A program made the translations under genes and the position numbers. The notes beneath the pieces are model-generated. The model did not search any database, was not told the origin of the DNA, and saw only the letters and a program-made list of their open reading frames with translations. Source: an uncultured delta proteobacterium (GTDB taxonomy: Bacteria; Myxococcota; Myxococcia; Myxococcales; Myxococcaceae). Taken from it: a DNA stretch of 64,000 bases. Positions 42,781 to 52,164 of the stretch are shown here, in pieces (within the stretch, counting starts at the first letter, position 1; each line of letters opens with the position of its first letter). Location of the stretch: assembly GCA_963776345.1 (NCBI GenBank), contig CAVZMH010000022.1:1-64000 (forward strand). The letters are read 5' to 3'.

Positions 42781-43270
42781 GGCAGCTCCTCCTTCGAGGG
42801 TTTCAGCTCCTGGAGACCACCATCCTGGCCAGGGCCACCGGGCCGTTCTTCCAATCCACTGACAGGCCGTCACGCCCACGGCTCTCCGCGGCGGAGGCGG
42901 TGAATCCAAGTGCAGCGCCCACGACCAGCAAGAGCCGCTCGCTCGTCTCCATGGGTTGCTCCCAACTCCCGAATCGCCCGCGTTGGCCGGTCGCGGCGGT
43001 AGCCGACGGTAGGGCCCTTTCCTCACGAGGGTCAATCGCTCGGTGGAACGAGCTCAACAGAGCGGGCAAGTCTTCGGGTTGGCAGGAGAAGCACGACTCG
43101 TGAAGCCGGCATCGTTGCTCTGGGCTGTCGTCCGAGGACTCAGCGTCCGATCTGGCAAGGGCCCTCGCCCAGAGCTCGGGCGGCGGTGACGGCGAAGTCT
43201 GTGCCGGCCTCTCTCGAATACCCGGGGTTGTTCTTCCCTGGACCCATTCCGTGCCACAGTTCCGCGCGCC

Positions 43271-45445
43271 ATGCCAGTGCGAGAGGGCGACATCCTCGAC
43301 GGCCGATTCGAGCTCTCCCGGGTGGCAGCCCATGGCGGCATGGGGACGGTGTTCCGAGGCGTGGATCGCGAGACCGGCGCGCTGGTGGCGATCAAGACGG
43401 TCCTCTCGGGTCAAGGCGCGGAGCGCTTCCGGCGCGAGGTCGAGGTGCTTTCGGCGCTGCGCCACCCGGGCATCGTGGCCTACCTGGGGCAGGGGCGGAC
43501 CGCTGACGAGCTGTACCTGGTCATGGAGTGGCTGGACGGCGAGGACCTCGGGGCCCGGCTCGCAGCTGCCGAGCTGACGGTGTCCGAGGCGCTGACCGTG
43601 GGGCTCCAGGTCTCCTCGGCGCTCGGAGCGGCGCACGCGCAGGGCATCGTCCACCGCGACATCAAGCCCTCCAACGTCTTTCTCGCCGACTGGCGGGTGG
43701 ATCGGGTGAAGGTCCTCGACTACGGCATCGCCCGGCAGCTCGGCACCGCCGGCCTCACGGAGATCGGGACGGTGGTGGGGACGCCAGCGTACATGGCACC
43801 CGAGCAGGCCCGCGGGCAGGGAGAGGTCGACGCCCGCACGGACGTCCACGCGCTCGGGGCGCTCCTCTTCCGCTGCCTCGCCGGTCGCCCTCCGTTCGAG
43901 GCCGACACCCGCGAGGAGTCGCTCGCTGCACTCCTGCATCGTCCGGCGCCACGCCTCGGGGACTTCGCGAGCGTGCCCCCTGCGCTCGAGGAGCTCGTCG
44001 GACGGATGCTGGACAAGGACCCGGCCCGACGGCCGGCGGACGGACGCGCCGCCTGGAGCGCTCTGTCTTCCATCGCTCCGGGGCCAGGCGCCGTGGCGCC
44101 ACCCCGCTCGCTCCAGGCCGTCCAGAGCGAGCCGCCGCTCCAGCCGGCCCGCGTGAGGCCAGGTCTCACCTCCGTCGCGGTGCCGCCCTTCCTGGACATG
44201 AGCGTGGCGCGGGACCAGGGCTACCTCTGCGAGGGCATTGCCGAGGAGCTCATCAACACCCTGACCCAGGTCCCCGGTCTCCGGGTGGCTGCGCGTAGCT
44301 CGTCCTTCGTTCTCCGGGGCTCCGAGGCGGACGCCCGGGCGATCGGCACACGCCTCGGGGTCGATGCGGTGCTCGAGGGCGGGGTCCGCAAGGCTGGAGA
44401 TCGTCTCCGCGTCACCGTGCAGCTCGTGGACGTCCCCGGCGGCTCGCCGCGCTGGTCCCGTCGCTTCGACGGATCGCTGGACGAGGTCTTCGAGATCGAG
44501 GACCAGATCGCCACCAGCGTGGCCACCACCCTGCGCGGGATGCTGAGCAGCGAGGAACGAGAGGCGCTGCGCCGCCCCGAGGCACGGGTGGAGGCGTACG
44601 AGCACTTCCTGCGCGGCCGACAGCTGCTGCACGCCCAGACCTCCACCTCGTTCGCCGCAGCCGAGCGGGAGTTCCAGCGCGCCATCGAGATCGATCCCGG
44701 ATACGCGCCCGCCCACGCCGGTCTGGCGCAGGTCCACATGTGGCTGGTCGACTGGATGGCGCGAGGTGACGAGTCGCGCCAGGCCGCGGATCGCGCGAGC
44801 CGCCGGGCGCTCGAGCTCGGGCCAGAGCTGGCCGAGTCGCACGTGGCGCGGGGCGCCTTCCTGACCAGCGGGTGTGACTACGCCGGCGCCGAGCGGGAGT
44901 ACCGGGAGGCCATCCGGCTGAACCCCCGCTCCTTCGACGCGCACTACCTCCTCGCCCGGTGCGGCGTCCTCGCCGGGGACTTCGAGATGGCGGTCGAGAT
45001 GTTCCGGCGGGCGGCCGAGCTTCGCCCCGAGGACTTCCAGTCCTGTGCTGTCGCCCAGAACCCCCTGGTGAGGCTCGGCAGGCTGGCCGAAGCCGCGGAG
45101 GTCCTGCGGGAGGCGCTGCGGCGGATCGAGCGCCACCTCGAGCTCGACCCGGGGGATCCGCGCGCCCTCATCCTGGGAGCCATCGTGCTCGTGTCGCAAG
45201 GCCAGCGCGAGCGCGCGTTCGCCTGGACGGCTCGTGCCCTCGAGATCGCGCCGGATGACCCGGGGACGCTGCTCAACGCCGGATGCGTGTACGCCCGCGC
45301 GGGGATGAAGGAGGAGGCGCTGGTCTGTCTGGAGAAGGGCTTCGGACGCGGGTTCGGCAAGCGCGACTGGGTGCGGAACGATCCGGACTACGACTCGCTC
45401 AGGGACGACCCGCGGTTCCAGGCGCTGGTGGCCAAGCTGCGCTGA
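43271..45445 (+). CDS. Ser/Thr protein kinase with TolB-N-like and TPR domains
   Basis: GGMGTV, VAIK, HRDIKPSN, DYG, GTPAYMAPE; SVAVPPF...GIAEELINTL; TPR repeats; DPDYDSLRDDPRF end. Confidence 0.92.
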   Translation: MPVREGDILDGRFELSRVAAHGGMGTVFRGVDRETGALVAIKTVLSGQGAERFRREVEVLSALRHPGIVAYLGQGRTADELYLVMEWLDGEDLGARLAAAELTVSEALTVGLQVSSALGAAHAQGIVHRDIKPSNVFLADWRVDRVKVLDYGIARQLGTAGLTEIGTVVGTPAYMAPEQARGQGEVDARTDVHALGALLFRCLAGRPPFEADTREESLAALLHRPAPRLGDFASVPPALEELVGRMLDKDPARRPADGRAAWSALSSIAPGPGAVAPPRSLQAVQSEPPLQPARVRPGLTSVAVPPFLDMSVARDQGYLCEGIAEELINTLTQVPGLRVAARSSSFVLRGSEADARAIGTRLGVDAVLEGGVRKAGDRLRVTVQLVDVPGGSPRWSRRFDGSLDEVFEIEDQIATSVATTLRGMLSSEEREALRRPEARVEAYEHFLRGRQLLHAQTSTSFAAAEREFQRAIEIDPGYAPAHAGLAQVHMWLVDWMARGDESRQAADRASRRALELGPELAESHVARGAFLTSGCDYAGAEREYREAIRLNPRSFDAHYLLARCGVLAGDFEMAVEMFRRAAELRPEDFQSCAVAQNPLVRLGRLAEAAEVLREALRRIERHLELDPGDPRALILGAIVLVSQGQRERAFAWTARALEIAPDDPGTLLNAGCVYARAGMKEEALVCLEKGFGRGFGKRDWVRNDPDYDSLRDDPRFQALVAKLR

Positions 45446-45457
45446 GACGGATCCACC

Positions 45458-46234
45458 TTGGCGCGCCTCGCCGAGGAGGACGATCGAATGATGGTGACCA
45501 CCACCGCGCTGTCCCGTCCGCGCTGGAACACGGAGCGCGCCTTCTACGGGGGCATGGCGCTGGCCATCCTCGCCGCGGTCTGCCTCGGCTTCGCCCGCAG
45601 CTTCTTTCTCCGCCCCTGGTTCCCCGAGGTCCACGTTCCGCCGGAGCGGTACTTCCTCCTCCACGGCACCGTCTTCTTTGCGTGGTTCGTGCTCCTGGTG
45701 GTGCAGGCCCTGCTCGTCAGCGCGAGGCGGGTGGACCTCCACCGCACGCTGGGTGTCCTGGGCGGGGTGCTCGCGGCGCTGATGGTGGTGGTCGGGGTGA
45801 CCGGTGCGATCATCGCCGCGCGCCGCCCGGGCGGGTTCGTGGACTCGCCGATGCCTCCGCTGCAGTTCCTGGCCGTTCCGGTCTTCGACATGGTCCTCTT
45901 CGGCACCCTGGTCGGGCTCGCCCTGGCGAGGCGGCGCGACCGGCAGGCCCACAAGCGGCTGATGCTGGTCGGGTCGATCGCCCTCCTCGTCGCCGCCATT
46001 GCCCGCTGGCCGTTCGCCGTCATCGAGGCCGGGGGCCCGGCGGTCGCCATGGGGCTCAACGACCTGTACCTGGTGCCCCTGGTGATCTGGGATCTCGCGA
46101 CCCGCCGGCGCCTTCACCCCGCCACGCTCTGGGGCGGGCTCGCGCTCGTCGCCTCGCAGCCGCTGCGGTTCATGCTCTCCGGGACCGAGGCGTGGCTGGT
46201 CTTCGCCCGGTGGCTGACCGGCTTGCCCGGGTGA
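45458..46234 (+). CDS. Hypothetical multi-TM membrane protein
   Basis: About seven TM helices with conserved-looking His motifs LHG, LHRTLG, AHKRLM, LHPA. Confidence 0.75.
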   Translation: MARLAEEDDRMMVTTTALSRPRWNTERAFYGGMALAILAAVCLGFARSFFLRPWFPEVHVPPERYFLLHGTVFFAWFVLLVVQALLVSARRVDLHRTLGVLGGVLAALMVVVGVTGAIIAARRPGGFVDSPMPPLQFLAVPVFDMVLFGTLVGLALARRRDRQAHKRLMLVGSIALLVAAIARWPFAVIEAGGPAVAMGLNDLYLVPLVIWDLATRRRLHPATLWGGLALVASQPLRFMLSGTEAWLVFARWLTGLPG

Positions 46235-46266
46235 CGGGGTCCGCAGGGGCGATGGGAAAGGGCCGG

Positions 46267-46800
46267 CTACCCGCGGGTGCCAGACGCCTCGAGCCATGCG
46301 CGGACCTCACCCACCGCTTCCCTGGTGCGCCGAGCCAGCGCGGCGGCGTCGGGCTTCTTCCGGTCGATGCGCTTCAGCGTCTCCTCGGCGGCCTCGCAGG
46401 AATGGGCGACCAGGGCCTCGACCTCGGCGGCGATCCACGGGTCGGTGCCCCCCGCCTCCCGCAGCCCGCGCAGCGCAGCGAAACGCCCGTCGAGCGCTTC
46501 CAGGAGCTCGTCCAGCTCCCGGTTCTCATCCCGCCGCGCCGGACGGCCCCGGGTGGTCTGCAGCTCCACCCGCCGCATGTGCGCCGCGTCGAAGAGGAAC
46601 GCGCCGAGGGTCGCCACCAGGTGGGGGTCGTTCGGGAAGATGCGTGAGAGAGAACCGGACCCCCGCCGGATGCGAGCCTCGACCGCCTCCATCTCCGTCA
46701 GCGTCCTCGGCGCGCTGGCGGCCGCATGCAGCTCTTTGTATGCCTTCCACTCCGCGGACTGCTGCCAGGTTGGAGCAGTCGATTCTGGGCCGCCGTCCAT
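46267..46800 (-). CDS. Hypothetical helical protein
   Basis: From MDGGPESTAPTW; protein-like composition, convergent with the previous gene. Confidence 0.5.
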   Translation of the reverse strand: MDGGPESTAPTWQQSAEWKAYKELHAAASAPRTLTEMEAVEARIRRGSGSLSRIFPNDPHLVATLGAFLFDAAHMRRVELQTTRGRPARRDENRELDELLEALDGRFAALRGLREAGGTDPWIAAEVEALVAHSCEAAEETLKRIDRKKPDAAALARRTREAVGEVRAWLEASGTRG

Positions 46801-46924
46801 GGATGCCTCGCTGACCGACGGGGAGTCTACGGCGAGCGTCGCCGCGAACAGCACCGGCCACGCGCGGGGCTGACCGGACCTCCCGGCGCCCGGGGGTCTC
46901 GATGGACGTTCCTGGAGACGGCCG

Positions 46925-47356
46925 GTGAAGATGGTGGTCCGCGCGCTGGTGCTGGGACTCGGCCTCGGCGGCGCTCGGGCCGGGGCGCCGGCCGCCGGCG
47001 CCGCGGGAGGGACGCAGGTGAAGAGCTCGACTGCGGTGACCTCGTCGACGGCGGCCCGTTCCAGGTTCGAGCGGTTCGCCAGCGAGGAGCTGCTCCCGGG
47101 CCTCGAGCCGGACGAGCGCGCCGAGCTGGCGGACATCCTCCGCAACCGTCCCTCGGTCCAGAAGGCGGCCTGCCGCGACGTCATACCGCTGCTCGGCGCC
47201 GGCACGAGGCTCCTCGCGGGAACCGCGGCGGCGCTGGATCGACCGGGCGGCTGCTGGAGGCTCGTCTACGACGGCCGTCTTCGCCCCGGTCTCGGAGGCT
47301 GTCTCGACGCGGCCACCGGCTCCGTCCTGGCGGCGTGGCGCATCCCCGAGGGCTAG
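46925..47356 (+). CDS. Hypothetical exported protein
   Basis: Signal-like N-terminus, three Cys, ends VLAAWRIPEG. Confidence 0.55.
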   Translation: MKMVVRALVLGLGLGGARAGAPAAGAAGGTQVKSSTAVTSSTAARSRFERFASEELLPGLEPDERAELADILRNRPSVQKAACRDVIPLLGAGTRLLAGTAAALDRPGGCWRLVYDGRLRPGLGGCLDAATGSVLAAWRIPEG

Positions 47357-47433
47357 CGCCGGGGGGCCACCCCGCGGTGCCGTGGCCAATCCCGCCTGCG
47401 CGGTTCCGTGACCCACGTCCGGGCCGGGTGGGA

Positions 47434-49176
47434 TCAGCCCGGCCGGGCGCCCGTGCCCGTCGACTTCTCGAGCTCGTCGATGACGTCGGCCACCGACCGT
47501 CCGTGGCCGACGGCGCCGACTCGCTCCTCCATCTCTTCGGCGCGCAGGAGGTCGCGCACATTCGCCCGCGCCTCGACCAGACGCAGACGGATTCCCGCCG
47601 CCTGGAGCTCGGCCTGCAGGGTCCTCAGCATCCGGACGCCGGCCAGGTCGACGTTGGGAGAGGTGGAGAGGTCGAAGACCAGGAACTTCGGCGCGCCCGG
47701 CGCCGAGCGGAACTTCTCCCAGAGCGTGTCGCGGACGTGCTCGACGTTGAAGTAGAGCAGCGACGCCTCGACGCGGACCACCAGCCCGCCCGGAACGGCC
47801 TCGTTGTCGGGGTGCCGCTCGAGGTCCGAGAAGCTCCGGGTTCCGGGGACGCGGCCGAGGAAGGCGACGTGCGGCTGCGCGGCGCGCCTGATCAGGAGCA
47901 GGAGCGACACCAGGACCGCCACGATCACGCCGCGGAGGATGCCGAGCAGCAGCACCGCGGCGAAGGCCACCATCGAGACACCGAACTCGAAGCGGCTGAC
48001 CTTCCACACGTGGCGCAGCTCGCGGATGTCGATCAATCCCTTGACCGCCACCAGCACGATGGCCGCGAGCACCACGTTGGGCAGGTTGGCCAGGAGCCCG
48101 GTGAGGAACATCAGGCACAGACCGATGGTGATCGAGGCGAAGACCAGCGCCAGCGGCGTCCTGGCGCCGGCCTTGTCGTTCACCGAGGACTGCGACAGGC
48201 CGCCCGCGACCGGGTAGCCCTGGAAGAGGGCGGTGGCGAGATTCGCCGCGCCGAGGCCGAGCAGCTCCTGGCGCGGATCGACCTCCTGGTTGTGCGCCTG
48301 CGCCAGGGCGCGCGCCGCGGAGACGCTCTCCACGTACGCCAGCAGGAAGCAGGCGAACGCCAGGGAGAGCACCCCGTCCACGTCGCGGATGCGGAGTCCC
48401 GGCGGATGGAACCCGGGAAGGCCCTTCGGCAACTCACCGACGACCTTGAAGCCCAGCGCACCGAGCGGCGTGACCGAGAGGGCGATGACCGAGAGCACCA
48501 CCACCAGCAGCGCCACCGGGCGGCCCGGGAGGAACTTCTCCCCCAGCAGCAGCAGCGCCAGGGCGACGAGGCCGAAGGCCAGCACCGCGAGGTTGGTGTC
48601 GGGAATCTGCCGGGCCAGGATGGCCACGCGCTCGAAGAAGCCCTCGCCGCCGCCCTTGACCCCGAACAGCTTCGGCAGCTGCGTCATGGCGATGGTCAGC
48701 GCCGCGCCGGCCTTGAAGCCGAGGAGGATGGTCTCGCTGATGAAGTTGACCAGGGAGCTCAGCCGCAGGAGCCACGCCAGCACGCAGATCGCTGCGACCA
48801 CCAGCGCCGTCAGCGCGGCGATGGCGGCCCAGCGACCCGCGTCGCCCCCTGCCATGCCCGCGATCGTGGCCCCGACCAGCATCGAGATCGCGGAGGTGGG
48901 GCCGATCGCCAGCTGCCGGGACGAGCCGAACAGCGCGTAGAACAGTCCGCCGGCCAGATAGCAGTAGATGCCGTACTGCGGCGGAAGCCCGGCGAGCGAC
49001 GCGTAGGCCAGCGACACCGGAATGGCGTAGGCGGCGAGGGTCACGCCGGCGATCGCGTCCTTGCCCAGCCACTGGGGCCGGTACGCGGGGACCCACTGCG
49101 CCGGAGGAAAGGCCGCGCGCCATCCGCGGACGGGGGTCCTGACTGCAGCACTCGCCGCTCCGGCCGCTTCGCTCAT
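47434..49176 (-). CDS. SulP/SLC26 anion transporter with STAS domain
   Basis: DAIAGVTLAAYAIPVSLAYASLAG, GSSRQLAIGP, GGLSQSSVN, LLYFN, STAS DLS...VDLAG. Confidence 0.95.
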   Translation of the reverse strand: MSEAAGAASAAVRTPVRGWRAAFPPAQWVPAYRPQWLGKDAIAGVTLAAYAIPVSLAYASLAGLPPQYGIYCYLAGGLFYALFGSSRQLAIGPTSAISMLVGATIAGMAGGDAGRWAAIAALTALVVAAICVLAWLLRLSSLVNFISETILLGFKAGAALTIAMTQLPKLFGVKGGGEGFFERVAILARQIPDTNLAVLAFGLVALALLLLGEKFLPGRPVALLVVVLSVIALSVTPLGALGFKVVGELPKGLPGFHPPGLRIRDVDGVLSLAFACFLLAYVESVSAARALAQAHNQEVDPRQELLGLGAANLATALFQGYPVAGGLSQSSVNDKAGARTPLALVFASITIGLCLMFLTGLLANLPNVVLAAIVLVAVKGLIDIRELRHVWKVSRFEFGVSMVAFAAVLLLGILRGVIVAVLVSLLLLIRRAAQPHVAFLGRVPGTRSFSDLERHPDNEAVPGGLVVRVEASLLYFNVEHVRDTLWEKFRSAPGAPKFLVFDLSTSPNVDLAGVRMLRTLQAELQAAGIRLRLVEARANVRDLLRAEEMEERVGAVGHGRSVADVIDELEKSTGTGARPG

Positions 49177-49285
49177 GGGGTCGTCCTGTTTGGTACGGCT
49201 CGGTGGCCCGGGAAGGCGGTCGAGCCCGCGCCGCTCGTCCGGATCGCGGGCGCGCGTTCAGCGTCGCATGATTCGTGCTCCGCGA

Positions 49286-49789
49286 TCAGGGGACTTTCGG
49301 CGCCGGGCTCCCTGCCCGGAACCGCGACGTGGCCATCGCTCCAAGGACGACGAAGGCCGCCAGCAAGAGGCCCTGGGCCACCTTGAAGGGCGGCTCGGTC
49401 TGCGTCGGCGCCAGCGCCCGCAGCCCCGGGATCTTGTTGAAGAGCTGCGCCACCAGCACGAAGCAGTTCAGGTACAGCGCGACCACGGCGGTGATGACGT
49501 AGACGCGCCGCCACCCGCCGGCCAGCTTCCTGCCCAGGAGCGCATAGAAGGTCACCGCCAGGATGACCACCGAGAGGATGCCCACCGCGTGCGAGGGCAT
49601 GAAGTGCTTCGCCGGCAAGGGAAACCCCGTGAGGCTGGTGAGCAGGGTGGAGCCGAGGAACCATCCCGTCCAGCGCGGCAGCTCTTCATTGGCCAGGTAG
49701 CCCAGGAAGAGCACGTAGAGGCCCGTGGCGATGCCCACCAGGCTGATCAGGGTGTGCACGAAGGTGAATGGCGGCAGTCCGGCGATCAT
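49286..49789 (-). CDS. Hypothetical membrane protein
   Basis: From MIAGLPPFTFVHTLISLVGI; about five TM helices; TSLTGFPLP, LAPTQTEPPF. Confidence 0.75.
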   Translation of the reverse strand: MIAGLPPFTFVHTLISLVGIATGLYVLFLGYLANEELPRWTGWFLGSTLLTSLTGFPLPAKHFMPSHAVGILSVVILAVTFYALLGRKLAGGWRRVYVITAVVALYLNCFVLVAQLFNKIPGLRALAPTQTEPPFKVAQGLLLAAFVVLGAMATSRFRAGSPAPKVP

Positions 49790-50011
49790 CGAGCGTTCCC
49801 TCCGGAGGTAGACCAGGGGGCCGGACTCTACGGCTTCCACCCCCGCTCCGGGCGGGTGGCGCCGGAAATCGCGCCCCTCGCGTGCGTCGCCCTCGACGCG
49901 CCGGCCGAGTTCGAACAGACTTCGTCCCGGAGCTCCGGCGGGTCCGGTGGACACAAGGAGTCCGCGACGCGCCTTCCCCCGCCGACCGCTGGATCCGGAG
50001 CCTCTGCCACC

Positions 50012-50707
50012 ATGCCCTCGATGAGCCTCGCCGGAACGATCCTCCTCCTCACCCTCCGCATCGACCCGGGCGCCGCGGCGGTGGACGGCACGGCGCCGCA
50101 GGGTGTGTCGCTCCTGACCGAGGAACCGACCCTGGTGCCCCTCTGGACCGCGCTCCAGGCCGAGGAGGGCGCCGATCGCCTCTGGTACTGGGGCTGGGCC
50201 TCGTTCCTCGGCGCGGTGGTGGTCGGGGAGACCGTCATCGCGGCCACCACCAGCAACGAGGGAAGCCGCATCAACGCCTACGTCAACATCCCCGCCAGCG
50301 CGGCGGGAATGATCGCCGTCCTCCTCACCCCGCCGGCGGCCGCCTTCGGGCTCGAGGAGGTTCGCCGCATGCCCGAGGACACCCCGGAGCAACGTCAGGC
50401 CAAGGCGGCCGCGCTCCGCAGCCTCTTCCGCCGCGCCGCGGAGCAGGAACGCTTCTACCGCTCTCCGCTCAACCACGTGGTGGGGCTGACCGTGAACGCC
50501 GGGCTGGCGGCGATCCTCTACTTCGGCTTCAAGCTGGGGGGCCGTGCGCTGCTCACCCTGGTGGGCGGCACGCTCGAATGGGAGATGCAGATCTTCACCC
50601 GGCCCACCGCGGCCCTGGACCTCGCGACGTCCCAACCCGGCAGCGGCCTCCAGGGCCTCCACGTCGTGCCGCTTCCCAACGGCATCGCGCTCGCCGGCTC
50701 GTTCTGA
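50012..50707 (+). CDS. Hypothetical membrane/exported protein
   Basis: Signal-like start, hydrophobic hairpins, C-terminal VVPLPNGIALAGSF. Confidence 0.65.
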   Translation: MPSMSLAGTILLLTLRIDPGAAAVDGTAPQGVSLLTEEPTLVPLWTALQAEEGADRLWYWGWASFLGAVVVGETVIAATTSNEGSRINAYVNIPASAAGMIAVLLTPPAAAFGLEEVRRMPEDTPEQRQAKAAALRSLFRRAAEQERFYRSPLNHVVGLTVNAGLAAILYFGFKLGGRALLTLVGGTLEWEMQIFTRPTAALDLATSQPGSGLQGLHVVPLPNGIALAGSF

Positions 50708-50768
50708 GACCCCGGGCCCTCGCTTTCGTGCCAGGCTGACCCAGGACGCCCACCGAGGGGAGACGCGC

Positions 50769-51218
50769 ATGCGCAAAGCCATTCTCGTACTTGCACTGGC
50801 CGTGACCGGACCGGCAGCCGCTTCCGACAAGACCGACGTGATGGCGGTGGTCAATCAGTTCCTGGCCGGCTTCAACAAGGGCGACACCAAGGCGGCGCTC
50901 GCCACCTGCGCGCCCCAGACGGCGATCATCGACGAGTTCGCGCCTTACGTCTGGCAAGGCGCCACCGCGTGCTCGGACTGGGCGAACGACTTCGACGCCG
51001 ACGCGAAGAAGAACGGCATCACCGAGCCGAAGGTCGCCGCGGGGAAGCCGCGCCACGTCGACGTCGTGGGAGACAGGGCCTACGTGGTGATGCCGGCGGA
51101 CTTCAAGTTCAAGCTGAAGGGGAAGGCGACGGCGGAGAAGGGCTCCATCTTCACCGTGACCTTGCAGAAGCTCGCCGAGGGATGGCGCATCACCGGCTGG
51201 GCCTGGGCCAAGCACTGA
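50769..51218 (+). CDS. Exported NTF2/SnoaL-like protein
   Basis: Signal peptide; FLAGFNKGD...GDRAYVV...GWRITGWAW. Confidence 0.8.
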   Translation: MRKAILVLALAVTGPAAASDKTDVMAVVNQFLAGFNKGDTKAALATCAPQTAIIDEFAPYVWQGATACSDWANDFDADAKKNGITEPKVAAGKPRHVDVVGDRAYVVMPADFKFKLKGKATAEKGSIFTVTLQKLAEGWRITGWAWAKH

Positions 51219-51240
51219 CCCCGGCGCCGCGGCGGCGCTG

Positions 51241-52164
51241 ATGCTGCGCATCGCCCACGTCTCCGACACCCACGTGCTCTCGATGCGCGGCGTCGAGTGG
51301 CGGAAGATGCTGCTCAACAAGCGCTTCACCGGCCAGGCCAACACCTTCCTGCGTCGCGGACGCGTGCACCGCCGCGAGTACCTGCTGGCCGTGCTCGCGG
51401 CCGCCGCCGCCGGCGCGGATCACGTCGTGGTCACCGGGGACATCACCAACCTCGCCCTGGAGAGCGAGTACCACGAGGCGCGTGCGCTGCTCGACGGCGT
51501 CGCGCGCTCGGTCGAGGTCACCGTCGTCCCCGGCAATCACGACATCTACCTTCCGTCCGTTCACCGCGAGCGGCGCTTCCCCCATCACTTTCGCACCTTC
51601 CTGCGGAGCGACCTCCCGGAGCTGGCGCTCGACCTTCCGACCGGGCCGTATCCTTGCGTCAAGCTGCGCGGGCCGGCGGCGATCATCGCGCTGTCGAGCG
51701 GCGTGCCCCGGCCCCCGTTCGTCGCCGCGGGCTATCTCGGCGATGCGCAGCGTGCGGCCCTGACGCGGGTGCTCGCCCATCCCGAGGTGGCGCGGCGCAC
51801 GCCGGTGATCCTGGTTCACCACCCGCCGGTCGACAGCCGGAGCCGCCTCGCCCGGCTGCGCGATGGGCTGGTCGACGCTGCGTCCCTGCGGGACACGCTC
51901 GCGCCCGTCGCGCGAGGACTCCTGCTCTTCGGCCACCTGCACGTGCGGGTGCGCTGTGTGCTCCGCACCGCCACGGGCACGCTGGACGTCGTCGGCGCGA
52001 GCGGAGCTGCGCTCGACCACCCCGATCCCGCGGTCCGCGCCGGCTTCAACCTCTACCAGGTCGACGACGACGGAAGGGTCATGACCATCGAGGCGCAGGT
52101 CATCGACCCGCCGGGAACGACCCTGCGGCGGATGGCGATTCCCGAGCGAGCGGCCTGCGTATGA
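51241..52164 (+). CDS. Calcineurin-like metallophosphoesterase (CpdA/Icc-like)
   Basis: HVSDTH, TGDITN, PGNHD, VHHP, GHLH. Confidence 0.9.
   Translation: MLRIAHVSDTHVLSMRGVEWRKMLLNKRFTGQANTFLRRGRVHRREYLLAVLAAAAAGADHVVVTGDITNLALESEYHEARALLDGVARSVEVTVVPGNHDIYLPSVHRERRFPHHFRTFLRSDLPELALDLPTGPYPCVKLRGPAAIIALSSGVPRPPFVAAGYLGDAQRAALTRVLAHPEVARRTPVILVHHPPVDSRSRLARLRDGLVDAASLRDTLAPVARGLLLFGHLHVRVRCVLRTATGTLDVVGASGAALDHPDPAVRAGFNLYQVDDDGRVMTIEAQVIDPPGTTLRRMAIPERAACV

Noticed and set aside
51297..52160. Apparent N-terminal extension making an 1184 aa PLD
   Set aside because: Off-frame overlap with the metallophosphoesterase; the ATG at 52161 overlapping its stop is the better start
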